This document shows positions 16,566 to 26,503 of a stretch of DNA of 64,000 nt, one piece after another. The position numbers and the translations under genes were made by a program. The first letter of the stretch is position 1. The number at the start of each line of letters is the position of its first letter. Under the pieces are notes generated by a model that was not told the origin of the DNA, did not search any database, and saw only the letters and a program-made list of their open reading frames with translations. This DNA comes from Gemmatimonadota bacterium (GTDB lineage: Bacteria; Gemmatimonadota; Gemmatimonadetes; Gemmatimonadales; Gemmatimonadaceae), in NCBI GenBank assembly GCA_034716715.1, contig JAYEKC010000026.1:5279-69278 (forward strand), written 5' to 3'.

Positions 16566-19283
16566 ATGCCGGACCGCACCGCCCCCAACGCCCGCCCCCG
16601 CCGCCCGACGGTCGTTCCCGTCGCCCGGACCCTCACCGCAGTCGCCCTGGCGGCGCTCCTCGCCGTCCCGGCGGTGCTCGCCGCGCAGCAACGCACCGCC
16701 GTGCCGCCGCCCGAGTCGGTCTTCGGATTCAAGGTCGGCGCCGACAGCCAGCTGTTCGACTACGAGCAGTCCATGGCCTACTTCCGCCGGCTCGCGCTCG
16801 CGGCCCCGACGCGCGTCAAGATCTTCGAGGTGGGCAGGACGTCGTTCGGGCGGACGATGCACATCGTCGTCATCTCGTCGCCGCAGAACCTGGCGCGCCT
16901 CGATCACTACCGGCAGATCAACCAGCGGCTGGCCCACCCGGAAGGCCTCACCGACAGCGCGGCGCGCGCGCTCGCCCGTGAGGGCCGCGTGTTCGTGGAC
17001 ATCAGCGGCGGCCTGCACGCGTCCGAGATCGCCGGCTCGCAGCACACGCCGAAGATCGCGTATGACATCGTCTCGCGCGCGGGCGAGCCCGAGATCGCGC
17101 AGGTCCTCGACAATGTCGTCTTCGTCCTGTGGCCGTCCATCAACCCGGACGGGCAGGACATCGTCGTGAACTGGTGCCGCGACCAGTACGCCGGAAAAGG
17201 CGGGCAGATGGAGCTGTACCAGAAGTACATCGGCCACGACAACAACCGCGACAGCTACATGATGAACGTGGTCGAGTCGCGCGTCATCCAGCGGACGTGG
17301 CGCGACTGGGAGCCGCAGGTCATCTACGTGCACCACCAGTCGTCTCCGGAGCCGACGCGCATCTGGATTCCACCGTTCGCCGACCCCGTCGGATTCCGCG
17401 CGCCACCGATTCCGGCGCGCACGATCAACTCCATCGGCACCTACATCGCACAGGAACTCGACGCGCACGGGCAACCCGGGGCCGCCCATGCCCTGTCGAC
17501 GTTCGACGCCTACTACCCGGGCTACATCGACTACATGCCCGTGTACCAGAACATCCCCGCATGGTGGACGGAAACGCAGGGAGGCAGCTGCGCCACGCCC
17601 AAGACGCCGGGTGACACGTCCCGCTTCCCGGCTGACTATCGCGAGCTTCGGCCAACCGCCCTCTACCTCAGCCCCTGGAAGGGCGGAGAGTGGCACCTGG
17701 TCGACGCGGTGGACTACATGGTCACCGCCTCACGCGCGACCCTCAAGTTCGCCGCGAAATTCCGCGAGGAGATCCTCTACAACCGCTACCAGTCGGGCCG
17801 CGACGTCATCCGGAAGTACCGCGCGGCCGCGCCATATGCGTACATCGTGCCGCAGCAACAGCGCGACCCGATGGCGCCCGTCGAGCTCCTCCAGCGGTTT
17901 GCGTTCCACGGCGTCCGCATCGACCAGCTCGACCGCGACGTCGCCTACGGCGGCACGACGTATCCCAGGGGCACGTGGGTCGTGCCCCTCGACCAGGAAT
18001 TCGGCGAACTCGTGCGCGAGGTGTTCGAGGTCCAGCACTACCCCGATATGGGAGATGACCTGCCCTACGACGCGGCCGGCTGGACCCTTCCGTTCCAGAT
18101 GGGCGTGCAGGTCGTCGAGGCGCAGCAGCCACTCCCGGCGGAGTTCCGGAGCGCCATGAAACCCGTCAAGGGAACGCTGGAGCCGTGGGGCAAGTCGGCG
18201 GAGTATCCCTTCACGACGAATCCCGTCGCGGCGGGCATCGTCCCGGCTGTTCCAGGTTCGGTCACCGGAACCGGCGACCGGATTCTGGTGAATCCCGCGG
18301 AGAACAACGGATTCCGCTTCGTGACGAAGGCGCTCGCCGCGGGGGCGACCCTCACGTACGCGCCGAACACGCCGGGCGGCGCGCGATGGGTCGTCACGGG
18401 GCTCGCCCCCGCCAGCGCCGCGGCATGGGCGCGCGAGCTCGCCGTCCACCTCGAACGCGTCGCCACCGTGCCGGGAGTGCAGACGCCCACCACGCGCGTC
18501 GCCCTCTACAAGGCCGCGCCCGGCAACATGGACGAAGGCTGGACCGAGTGGCTCTTCGACACCCACGGCGTGACGTACGCCCTCATCGGGCCGACGGACC
18601 TGCAGGCGGGTAACCTCGGCACGAAGTACGACGTGATCGTGATGGGCTCGCAGTCCTTCGGTGCCGGCGGTTTCGGCGGACGTGGGGGCGGTGGAGGCGG
18701 ACGCGGGGGTCGCGGGGGCCGCGGCGGCGCCGACAGCTCGGCGGCACAGGCCGCCGACGCCCGCACGCAGGCCGTGGACACGTTCCTCGGCAACGGCGGC
18801 ACCGTCGTCGCCTGGAACCAGGGCGCGACGGCGGCGGCCACGGCCCTGCGCCTCCCCGTGCGAAACGTCGTGGCCGGGCTTCCCAGGAGCGAGTTCTTCA
18901 CCGGCAGTTCCATCATGCAGGTCGCCGCCGACACGGCGCATCCCGTCATGGCCGGCATGCCGGGCCTGGCCGACGTGATGGTCAGCAACAGCCCCGTGTT
19001 CGAGACGACGGACGGATTCGACGGGGCGGTCATCGCCAAGTTCACTACCGCGCCGCTCCGGTCAGGCTACCTCGGTGGCGCGAAGTACATCCAGAACCAC
19101 GCGGCTGCACTCGACGTTCGCCGCGGCAAGGGCCACGCCGTGCTCTTTGCGTTCGCGCCCCAGTGGCGCGGGCAGCCCACGGGATCGTTCCGCATGGTGT
19201 TCAACGCGCTCTTTTTTGGCGGCGAGGTGAGCGCCGCAGCGAAGGGGACACCGGGCTTTTTTGTCCCGCCGACCGTTCCGTAG
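16566..19283 (+). CDS. Exported M14-family zinc carboxypeptidase-like protein (about 905 aa)
   Basis: Trimmed to ATG 16566. Signal-like TLTAVALAALLAVPAVLAAQQ. M14 blocks GGLHASEIAGSQ, WPSINPDGQD, IGHDNNRD and VHHQ. The C-terminal region contains GGFGGRGGGGGGRGGRGGRGG. Confidence 0.8.
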   Translation: MPDRTAPNARPRRPTVVPVARTLTAVALAALLAVPAVLAAQQRTAVPPPESVFGFKVGADSQLFDYEQSMAYFRRLALAAPTRVKIFEVGRTSFGRTMHIVVISSPQNLARLDHYRQINQRLAHPEGLTDSAARALAREGRVFVDISGGLHASEIAGSQHTPKIAYDIVSRAGEPEIAQVLDNVVFVLWPSINPDGQDIVVNWCRDQYAGKGGQMELYQKYIGHDNNRDSYMMNVVESRVIQRTWRDWEPQVIYVHHQSSPEPTRIWIPPFADPVGFRAPPIPARTINSIGTYIAQELDAHGQPGAAHALSTFDAYYPGYIDYMPVYQNIPAWWTETQGGSCATPKTPGDTSRFPADYRELRPTALYLSPWKGGEWHLVDAVDYMVTASRATLKFAAKFREEILYNRYQSGRDVIRKYRAAAPYAYIVPQQQRDPMAPVELLQRFAFHGVRIDQLDRDVAYGGTTYPRGTWVVPLDQEFGELVREVFEVQHYPDMGDDLPYDAAGWTLPFQMGVQVVEAQQPLPAEFRSAMKPVKGTLEPWGKSAEYPFTTNPVAAGIVPAVPGSVTGTGDRILVNPAENNGFRFVTKALAAGATLTYAPNTPGGARWVVTGLAPASAAAWARELAVHLERVATVPGVQTPTTRVALYKAAPGNMDEGWTEWLFDTHGVTYALIGPTDLQAGNLGTKYDVIVMGSQSFGAGGFGGRGGGGGGRGGRGGRGGADSSAAQAADARTQAVDTFLGNGGTVVAWNQGATAAATALRLPVRNVVAGLPRSEFFTGSSIMQVAADTAHPVMAGMPGLADVMVSNSPVFETTDGFDGAVIAKFTTAPLRSGYLGGAKYIQNHAAALDVRRGKGHAVLFAFAPQWRGQPTGSFRMVFNALFFGGEVSAAAKGTPGFFVPPTVP

Positions 19284-19303
19284 CGCGGACCGCTCGCGAA
19301 TGC

Positions 19304-19336
19304 GAAGAGGCCGGCGGTCACCCCGCCGGCCTCTTC
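19304..19336. terminator. Bidirectional intrinsic-terminator-like hairpin
   Basis: gaagaggccggcgg (19304-19317) and ccgccggcctcttc (19323-19336) form a perfect 14-bp stem with loop tcacc. tgcgttt follows on the plus strand. It sits between the convergent M14 and Tyr/Gly-rich genes. Confidence 0.65.
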
Positions 19337-19355
19337 TGCGTTTCGGCCTGCTCGG

Positions 19356-20600
19356 CTAGAGAGGCGGCTTTCGGACCGCGGTCCGCGGCGCACTGCTCGA
19401 TCCGCCGGAGCTGGCGCTGCCGCTCGAGCTGCTCCCGGAGCTGGCCGCGCTCGACGAGCCGCCCGACGGTGAACTGCGCGTCGAGCTCGAACTACCGGAG
19501 CTGCTCGACCCGCTCGTGTACCCGCGGCCCTTCACCACCCGCCCGTGCGGCGCGGAACCCGCGTTGGCGTCCGATGGCGTATTCACCACCACCACCGGCA
19601 CGCCGGGATAGTACGAGCCATAGTACGGCGAGTAGTACCCGTAGCCGTAATAGCCGCCGTACCCGAACCGGTACCCATAGTAGTACGGATCGTAGTAGTA
19701 GGAATACGGACCGAAGTATGGATCGTACCAGTACGCCGGATAGCCGCCATATCCGGTGTACCCGCGGTAGGTCCCCTCCGTCCGTGACGACGCCACGACC
19801 GGCCGCTCCACCGCATCCGCAGAACCGCTAAGGGCGAAGTTCAACGGGTACGAAATGGCCACCAGCGCATCGATCACCGACGACGGCACGCCCTCGTCCG
19901 CAAGCATCGTCAACTGCTTGCCGTTCAGGCTGAGCTGCACGCCGCGCGTGCGCTCCATCAGCCAGGTCGCCGTCACGCCGCTGTCCGTACGCGCGGAAAC
20001 GTCCACGATGTCGCCGAGCGTCAGCGGCGCGGCGGCCGCGAGGATTGCCGTATTCGCCGCCGGCCCGCGGAGCCGGAATGCCGGCATCACCTCCGCCGGC
20101 AGCCCCGTCGAATCCATCAGCGCGTCGTAGCGCGTCACGGCCACGCCCTGCGACTGACCAGACGAGACGCCCCGAACATCAAGCCACTGATAGCGCTGGT
20201 CGAACGACATCAGGCCGGACATCCGCCGCTCGACGCTGCCGTTGCACAGCATGGACTCCGAGAGATACAGGCGCGTGCCGCTCGACGACCAGCGGGCCGT
20301 CTCCGTGCCGGAGCATCCGTCACGATTCACCGCATGGGGCTGTCCGTCGGCCTCGATGCGCGTCCGGTCCACCACTTCCGAGCCCGACACCGATACGATG
20401 TCCACGGCCGAGTTCCCCGCAGCCGGCACCACGCATACGGTGCCCGCCTTCGACGCCACCGACGACGTGGTGGCCACGGGCGTCCAGCATCCGGTCCACG
20501 CGCGCCACCGGGCATCCACGTCCTGCCCGCGCACCGCGGCCAGCGGGGTTGCCACCAGCGCCATCGCGCCAAGGACTCGAACGATCGAATGGGTATTCAT
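19356..20600 (-). CDS. Exported protein with a C-terminal Tyr/Gly-rich then Ser/Gly-rich low-complexity tail
   Basis: Trimmed to ATG 20598-20600, preceded by AGGAGGAA. Signal peptide MNTHSIVRVLGAMALVATPLAAVRGQ. The tail reads YRGYTGYGGYPAYWYDPYFGPYSYYYDPYYYGYRFGYGGYYGYGYYSPYYGSYYPG, then GSSSSGSSSSTRSSPSGGSSSAASSGSSSSGSASSGGSSS. Confidence 0.75.
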   Translation of the reverse strand: MNTHSIVRVLGAMALVATPLAAVRGQDVDARWRAWTGCWTPVATTSSVASKAGTVCVVPAAGNSAVDIVSVSGSEVVDRTRIEADGQPHAVNRDGCSGTETARWSSSGTRLYLSESMLCNGSVERRMSGLMSFDQRYQWLDVRGVSSGQSQGVAVTRYDALMDSTGLPAEVMPAFRLRGPAANTAILAAAAPLTLGDIVDVSARTDSGVTATWLMERTRGVQLSLNGKQLTMLADEGVPSSVIDALVAISYPLNFALSGSADAVERPVVASSRTEGTYRGYTGYGGYPAYWYDPYFGPYSYYYDPYYYGYRFGYGGYYGYGYYSPYYGSYYPGVPVVVVNTPSDANAGSAPHGRVVKGRGYTSGSSSSGSSSSTRSSPSGGSSSAASSGSSSSGSASSGGSSSAPRTAVRKPPL

Positions 20601-20608
20601 CGTTCCTC

Positions 20609-21379
20609 CTAAAAGCGGATCGTCAGGCCACCACTGGCCCCGACGCCCGAAAGGTCGATGGGCGCGAACCCCACGAAATCCGTGCCGAGGTCCGCCTTCC
20701 CCCAAAGGTACTTCACCTGGGTCGTGAGTGAAAACCGCTGGTTCAGCGTCCAGTCCACGCCGCCCCCGACCTGCCCCGTGGTCGTCCACTGCGACGACTT
20801 GAATGTGTCGGGGAACACCGCGTTGCCCTTCGCGAAGTCGATGAAATCGCCGTTCTGGCTGAAGTCGTACGACGTCCGGCCCACGCCAAGGCTGACCCAA
20901 GGGGTGTACCGCGCCGGCACCCACGCGAACCGGCCCAGCGAGCGGCCCTTCGGCGCAACGTAGTACCGCACGCCGGCGGCGTACGTTAGCCGCGAGAACG
21001 ACGTCATCTGCTCAATCGGGTTGCCGCTGTTGTCCTGCCACTCGCGATACTCCGACTTCTTCGACATCCCGTCGTTGTCCACGCTCAGGACCAGGTCCAT
21101 CCGCGGCGTGAGTGTGATCGCAAGGTCCCCGCCGATGGCGAACGACCCGAAATCCCCGCGCCGCAGCGTGAGTTCTTTCGTCACGAACGAGAACACGTCG
21201 CTGCCCGCGCTTGCCGCGTCGTACCCCAGGCGAAGCGTCAGCGCCGCGCTCGGCGCGCCGAACAGGTACCCATTGCCCGACGCCGCCCGCTCGATCCGCT
21301 CTCCCTGGGCAAACGCCGCCGTCCCGGCCATCGCGAGTGCGACCGCCGGCATTGCCAGTGCTCGAAGTCTGGTGCGCAT
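20609..21379 (-). CDS. Outer-membrane beta-barrel protein (OmpA-like/porin-type barrel)
   Basis: Trimmed to ATG 21377-21379, preceded by GAGAGGAA. Signal peptide MRTRLRALAMPAVALAMAGTAAFAQ. Alternating amphipathic strands and a terminal GGLTIRF (C-terminal Phe). Confidence 0.7.
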   Translation of the reverse strand: MRTRLRALAMPAVALAMAGTAAFAQGERIERAASGNGYLFGAPSAALTLRLGYDAASAGSDVFSFVTKELTLRRGDFGSFAIGGDLAITLTPRMDLVLSVDNDGMSKKSEYREWQDNSGNPIEQMTSFSRLTYAAGVRYYVAPKGRSLGRFAWVPARYTPWVSLGVGRTSYDFSQNGDFIDFAKGNAVFPDTFKSSQWTTTGQVGGGVDWTLNQRFSLTTQVKYLWGKADLGTDFVGFAPIDLSGVGASGGLTIRF

Positions 21380-21438
21380 GACCGTTCCTCTCGGTTCCGG
21401 GGCGGAGGGGGTCCGCCGCATCGGTCTTGCGTCAGCCC

Positions 21439-21448
21439 GGGGGGGGGG
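21439..21448. repeat. Homopolymeric G10 tract in a divergent promoter region
   Basis: Read directly as cccGGGGGGGGGGcgcc. It lies 60-69 nt upstream of the beta-barrel gene start and 159 nt upstream of the 21607 gene start. Confidence 0.9.
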
Positions 21449-21606
21449 CGCCGCCATTCGGCACGCGTCTCTTCCCGGTCTACTCAATAAGTGATTTACA
21501 CGGCCATTTGCAAAATGTTCAGGGTGATCATTGCCGCCGCGAGGCCGAAGATGCGCCGAAGCCCGGCTCGCTGGCGTCCCCCCGAGTCGGCCGGCAGCTT
21601 CATGAC

Positions 21607-22151
21607 ATGCGGCGCACCCTGCTCGGCCTCGCATTCGCCCTCGCCATCCCCGTTGGCGGGTCGGTCGCGGCCCAGGATGCGCCCCACGTGCGGGTGATCC
21701 TGCCCGGATTCGGAACGCCGATCGCGATCGACACCATCCTCGCGCTCACCGACCACGACGCGCCGCCCGACCGCGTGTGGACCGCGGCGGCCCGGGTGTT
21801 CGACGACTACCGCATCGCGACGGACATCCGCGACTCGTTGCGCCGCGCCGTCGGCGCCACGCGATACGTGAAGTCCTCGTCCATGGCCGGCTTCACGATG
21901 TCCGCCGTGCTCGAGTGCGGGTCGTCGATGACCGGCCCGAACGCCGACAACTTCCGCATCACCAGCGCCCTCGTCGCCGTCGTGCGGCCCGGCCCGGCCG
22001 GAAGGGCCGTACTGGGCATCGGCTTCATCGGCTCCGGGCGCGACGTGCGGGGCAGTTCCACCGACCCCGTGAAGTGTGCGTCGACGGGCCGTCTCGAGAC
22101 CGACTTCGCCGAACGCGTCCGAAAACTCCTTCGCGCCGCGCCCGGCGACGC

Positions 22152-22155
<4 letters not shown>
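21607..22155 (+). CDS. Exported hypothetical protein (182 aa)
   Basis: Trimmed to ATG 21607. Signal peptide MRRTLLGLAFALAIPVGGSVAAQ. No family recognised. Confidence 0.6.
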
Positions 22156-23825
<1,670 letters not shown>

Positions 23826-23948
23826 GCCGGTGCCGGTCGGTGGAACGAGGGCGGCGCGCGGATGCAATCGCGCGCGCGAGGGGAGGAGGGAAACTAACCT
23901 CGCGGACGGACCCGAACCGCCGGCCGGCTTCGCGGATAGCTTGGGGGC

Positions 23949-24662
23949 ATGGATTTCTCCCACCTGGCCGAGCGGCTGGGGTCGAGTCCCGTCACCGCGC
24001 TGCCGCTGCTCTTCCTCGGCGGCGTGCTGACCAGCCTCAACCCCTGCATCTACCCGATGATTCCGATTACCGCGGCCATCGTTGGCGGCACCTCGGTGGA
24101 CGTGCCGGTGTCCCGCGGGCGCGTGGTCGCACTTGCGCTGACCTATGCGGTCGGCCTGGCCCTTGTCTACTCGGTCCTCGGGCTCGTCGCCGGCCTCAGT
24201 GGCACGATCTTCGGCGCGGTGAGCAGCAACCCGTGGGTGTACTTCACCATGGCGCAGGTGCTCCTCGTGGCGGGCCTCGCCATGGTCGACGTCATTCCTG
24301 TTCGCGTCCCCGACGCCCTGCTCCGGCGCGCCGCCACCGCGGGTCAGGGCGGGCGATTCGCGGGGGCGTTCGTGATGGGGGCCATGTCGGGGCTCGTGGC
24401 GGCCCCGTGCGGCGCGCCGGTCTTTGCCGCCGTCCTGACCTGGGTCACCACCACGCAGTCGGCGGCGCTTGGCTTCGCGTACCTGTTTTCATTCTCGCTC
24501 GGCATGTGCGCGCTTCTCGTGCTCGTGGGCGCGTCGACCGGTCTGGCCGCACGCCTGCCCCGGGCCGGGGTATGGATGGTGTGGGTCAAGCGAATTTTTG
24601 CCGCCCTGATGTTCGCGGCGGCCGAGTACTACCTCATCCAGGCAGGCAAGCTGTGGCTTTGA
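23949..24662 (+). CDS. ccdA: Cytochrome c biogenesis / thiol:disulfide transfer membrane protein CcdA (DsbD family)
   Basis: LLFLGGVLTSLNPCIYPMIPI and LVAAPCGAPVF: two conserved Cys in TM helices, with six hydrophobic helices. Confidence 0.85.
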   Translation: MDFSHLAERLGSSPVTALPLLFLGGVLTSLNPCIYPMIPITAAIVGGTSVDVPVSRGRVVALALTYAVGLALVYSVLGLVAGLSGTIFGAVSSNPWVYFTMAQVLLVAGLAMVDVIPVRVPDALLRRAATAGQGGRFAGAFVMGAMSGLVAAPCGAPVFAAVLTWVTTTQSAALGFAYLFSFSLGMCALLVLVGASTGLAARLPRAGVWMVWVKRIFAALMFAAAEYYLIQAGKLWL

Positions 24663-25183
24663 AATCGTCCGATCGCCTTTCTTTCGGGGGCGCCCTTGCT
24701 GGCCTCGTCTTCGTCCTGTCGGCGGCCGCGGCATACCCCGCGCGCGCGCAGGACTCCGGCATCCCGGTGGGCGCCAAGGCGCCCAATGCAACCGCCGAAA
24801 CCCTCGACGGCGCCCCAGCCGACCTGTCCGCCTGGCTGGGCAAGGAGCCGCTGTTCATCGAGTTCTGGGCCACCTGGTGCCCCAACTGCCGCCAGCTGGA
24901 ACCACAGCTGCTGGCGCTCCAGAAGCAGCACGCGGGCAAGGTGCGCTTCGTGGGGGTGGCGGTGAGCGTCAACCAGTCACCCGCTCTAGTAAAGCGCTAT
25001 GTAGCACAGCATGGTTTACAAGGCGAACAACTTTATGACAGAAAGGGAAACCTGACCGACGCCTACGAAGTTCCAGCCACGAGCTACGTCGTCGTCGTGG
25101 ACGCCCAGGGGCACGTCGTGTACACCGGACTCGGAGCCAGGCAGGACCTCGCCGGGGCGATCGCCAAGGCCCTCAGGAAGTAG
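24659..25183 (+). CDS. TlpA/ResA-like periplasmic thioredoxin
   Basis: FIEFWATWCPNCRQLEP (CxxC) after a signal-anchor GGALAGLVFVLSAAAAYPARAQ. This is the last 174 codons of track ORF 23840..25183. The TTG start overlaps the ccdA stop (TTGA), so the start is less certain than the frame. Confidence 0.8.
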   Translation: MKSSDRLSFGGALAGLVFVLSAAAAYPARAQDSGIPVGAKAPNATAETLDGAPADLSAWLGKEPLFIEFWATWCPNCRQLEPQLLALQKQHAGKVRFVGVAVSVNQSPALVKRYVAQHGLQGEQLYDRKGNLTDAYEVPATSYVVVVDAQGHVVYTGLGARQDLAGAIAKALRK

Positions 25184-25229
25184 CGCCGGTGGTTGCCCGG
25201 GTCGGTCGCCTGGGCCGTGCCCTGACCGG

Positions 25230-25769
25230 TCACCCGGACACCGGGAGCAATCCCTCCAGCCGCGCCTCCATCAGCAGCGCGGGCGGCACCCCGTCACGCG
25301 TGTGGTACACCCGCAGGGTGTCCATCCGCCACGGCTCGGGTTCCCGGTGCGCGAGCAGGGCCGCGAGCGATTCGGGCGTCAGCGTGGCGTAGAAATTCAG
25401 CGTGCAGTGCGGCGTGAACGGCCAGCGCGCCGTTGCGCTGCGCAGCCCAGAGGTCTTCAGCGCCTCGTGGAGGGTGCGCAGCGGCCCGTGCGGATTGAGC
25501 GGAAGCACCACGATTTCCCGTCCGATGAATCGCATCGGCGGGCCGAACGTCAGGTCGAGGGGCGGCGTTCGCTTCGCGATCGGCAGGACGGCCGAGCGCA
25601 GGTCCTCGATCGTCGTGTCGGGCGCGATCGGCCCCGCCCCCGACGAGCCGATGAGCGTGACGTGCGGCGGGAGTTCGCGCGCGAGCTTCGGGTCCCACCG
25701 TTCCTGCAGCCCCTGGATGCGCTGCGCCGCAGCCCCTTGCAGCTCGCTCGTGATGAAGATGCCGTTCAC
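25230..25769 (-). CDS. 2H phosphoesterase superfamily protein (LigT / 2'-5' RNA ligase-like)
   Basis: Two HxT motifs in the expected positions (PPHVTLIG and TPHCTLNF). The GTG start 25767-25769 overlaps the upstream stop (GTGA). Confidence 0.7.
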   Translation of the reverse strand: MNGIFITSELQGAAAQRIQGLQERWDPKLARELPPHVTLIGSSGAGPIAPDTTIEDLRSAVLPIAKRTPPLDLTFGPPMRFIGREIVVLPLNPHGPLRTLHEALKTSGLRSATARWPFTPHCTLNFYATLTPESLAALLAHREPEPWRMDTLRVYHTRDGVPPALLMEARLEGLLPVSG

Positions 25770-26503
25770 GGCCGGTCCCCGTGCCAGCGCACGACCGCTC
25801 GGCCCCCGACGAACCCGATGGCGCCTCCCATCACGACGTCGCTCGCCCAGTGGCGGTCGCGGTACACGCGCGCCGCGCCGGTCAACGCGGCGGCGGCGTA
25901 CAGCGCTGCCGGCACCCACGCCGGGCGCCCGGGGCGGAGCCGCGCCCACTCCGCGTCCACCGCCGAGGCGAACGCGAATGCCGCCGTGGCGTGCCCCGAC
26001 GGGAACGACTGGAACTCGCTGCGATTCCCGATGCCGCGACCGAGCACGAAGTCGCGCGCGTTGCCGGGCGACTCGTCGGGCCTGGCCCGCCCGATCACGC
26101 CCTTGAGGATGCCCGACACGGCGCCACTCGCCAGCACGGCTTCCACGGAGCGCAGGCCAACCAGGCGCCGCGTGCCGTCGTGCGCCCAGTGGCCGCTGAG
26201 CCAAAGCGCCGCGCCCGCCGCGAGCACACCGGGATCGCCGTAGGCGTTCGCGGCGCCCATCACGCCACGTACCGACCGGTCGTCTTGAAGCGGAGACGTC
26301 CGAACCGCGTGTGCGATCGCCCGGTCCCAGCCCACCAGGACGGCGCTTGTGGCCGCCGCGACCCCGACGATCGCCGCGTCGGCGCGCGTCAGGACGGGCC
26401 CGTGACCGGCGGAATCCGCTTGCGCGCAAGCCGGGCCAGGGGAAACGAGCATCGCTGCGAACCCCAGGGCTGCGGCTACCACCGCCTGCCTCGACGCCGT
26501 CAC
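25766..26503 (-). CDS. PAP2-family phosphatase (copy 2)
   Basis: KGVIGRARP, FPSGH and RVYRDRHWASDVV make a complete PAP2 signature. N-terminal signal-like AALGFAAMLVSPGPACAQ. The GTG start overlaps the upstream stop (GTGA). Confidence 0.8.
   Translation of the reverse strand: MTASRQAVVAAALGFAAMLVSPGPACAQADSAGHGPVLTRADAAIVGVAAATSAVLVGWDRAIAHAVRTSPLQDDRSVRGVMGAANAYGDPGVLAAGAALWLSGHWAHDGTRRLVGLRSVEAVLASGAVSGILKGVIGRARPDESPGNARDFVLGRGIGNRSEFQSFPSGHATAAFAFASAVDAEWARLRPGRPAWVPAALYAAAALTGAARVYRDRHWASDVVMGGAIGFVGGRAVVRWHGDRP

Noticed and set aside
15090-17696. 868-aa minus-strand ORF spanning the CHAD-CYTH and M14 genes
   Set aside because: It is a shadow ORF with Arg/Gly/Pro-rich composition. It crosses a divergent intergenic region and overlaps two genes that have convincing motifs.
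21481-21535. AT-richer patch (tctactcaataagtgatttacacggccatttgcaaaatgttcagggtgatcattg) as a defined promoter
   Set aside because: Several weak -35/-10-like hexamers can be drawn on both strands (for example TTGCAA-N17-TTATTG on the minus strand), but none is convincing enough to annotate. It is mentioned only as context for the G10 tract.
23840-25183. 447-aa ORF apparently spanning the ccdA and tlpA-like genes
   Set aside because: Only its last 174 codons (from TTG 24659) encode a sensible signal-anchor plus thioredoxin fold. The upstream part overlaps ccdA out of frame and is Arg/Gly/Pro-rich. Similar N-terminal trimming was applied to most track ORFs, for example 226..1872, 8125..9900, 19356..20924, 20609..21634, 22152..23963, 27162..29816, 32469..34253 and 35360..38752.
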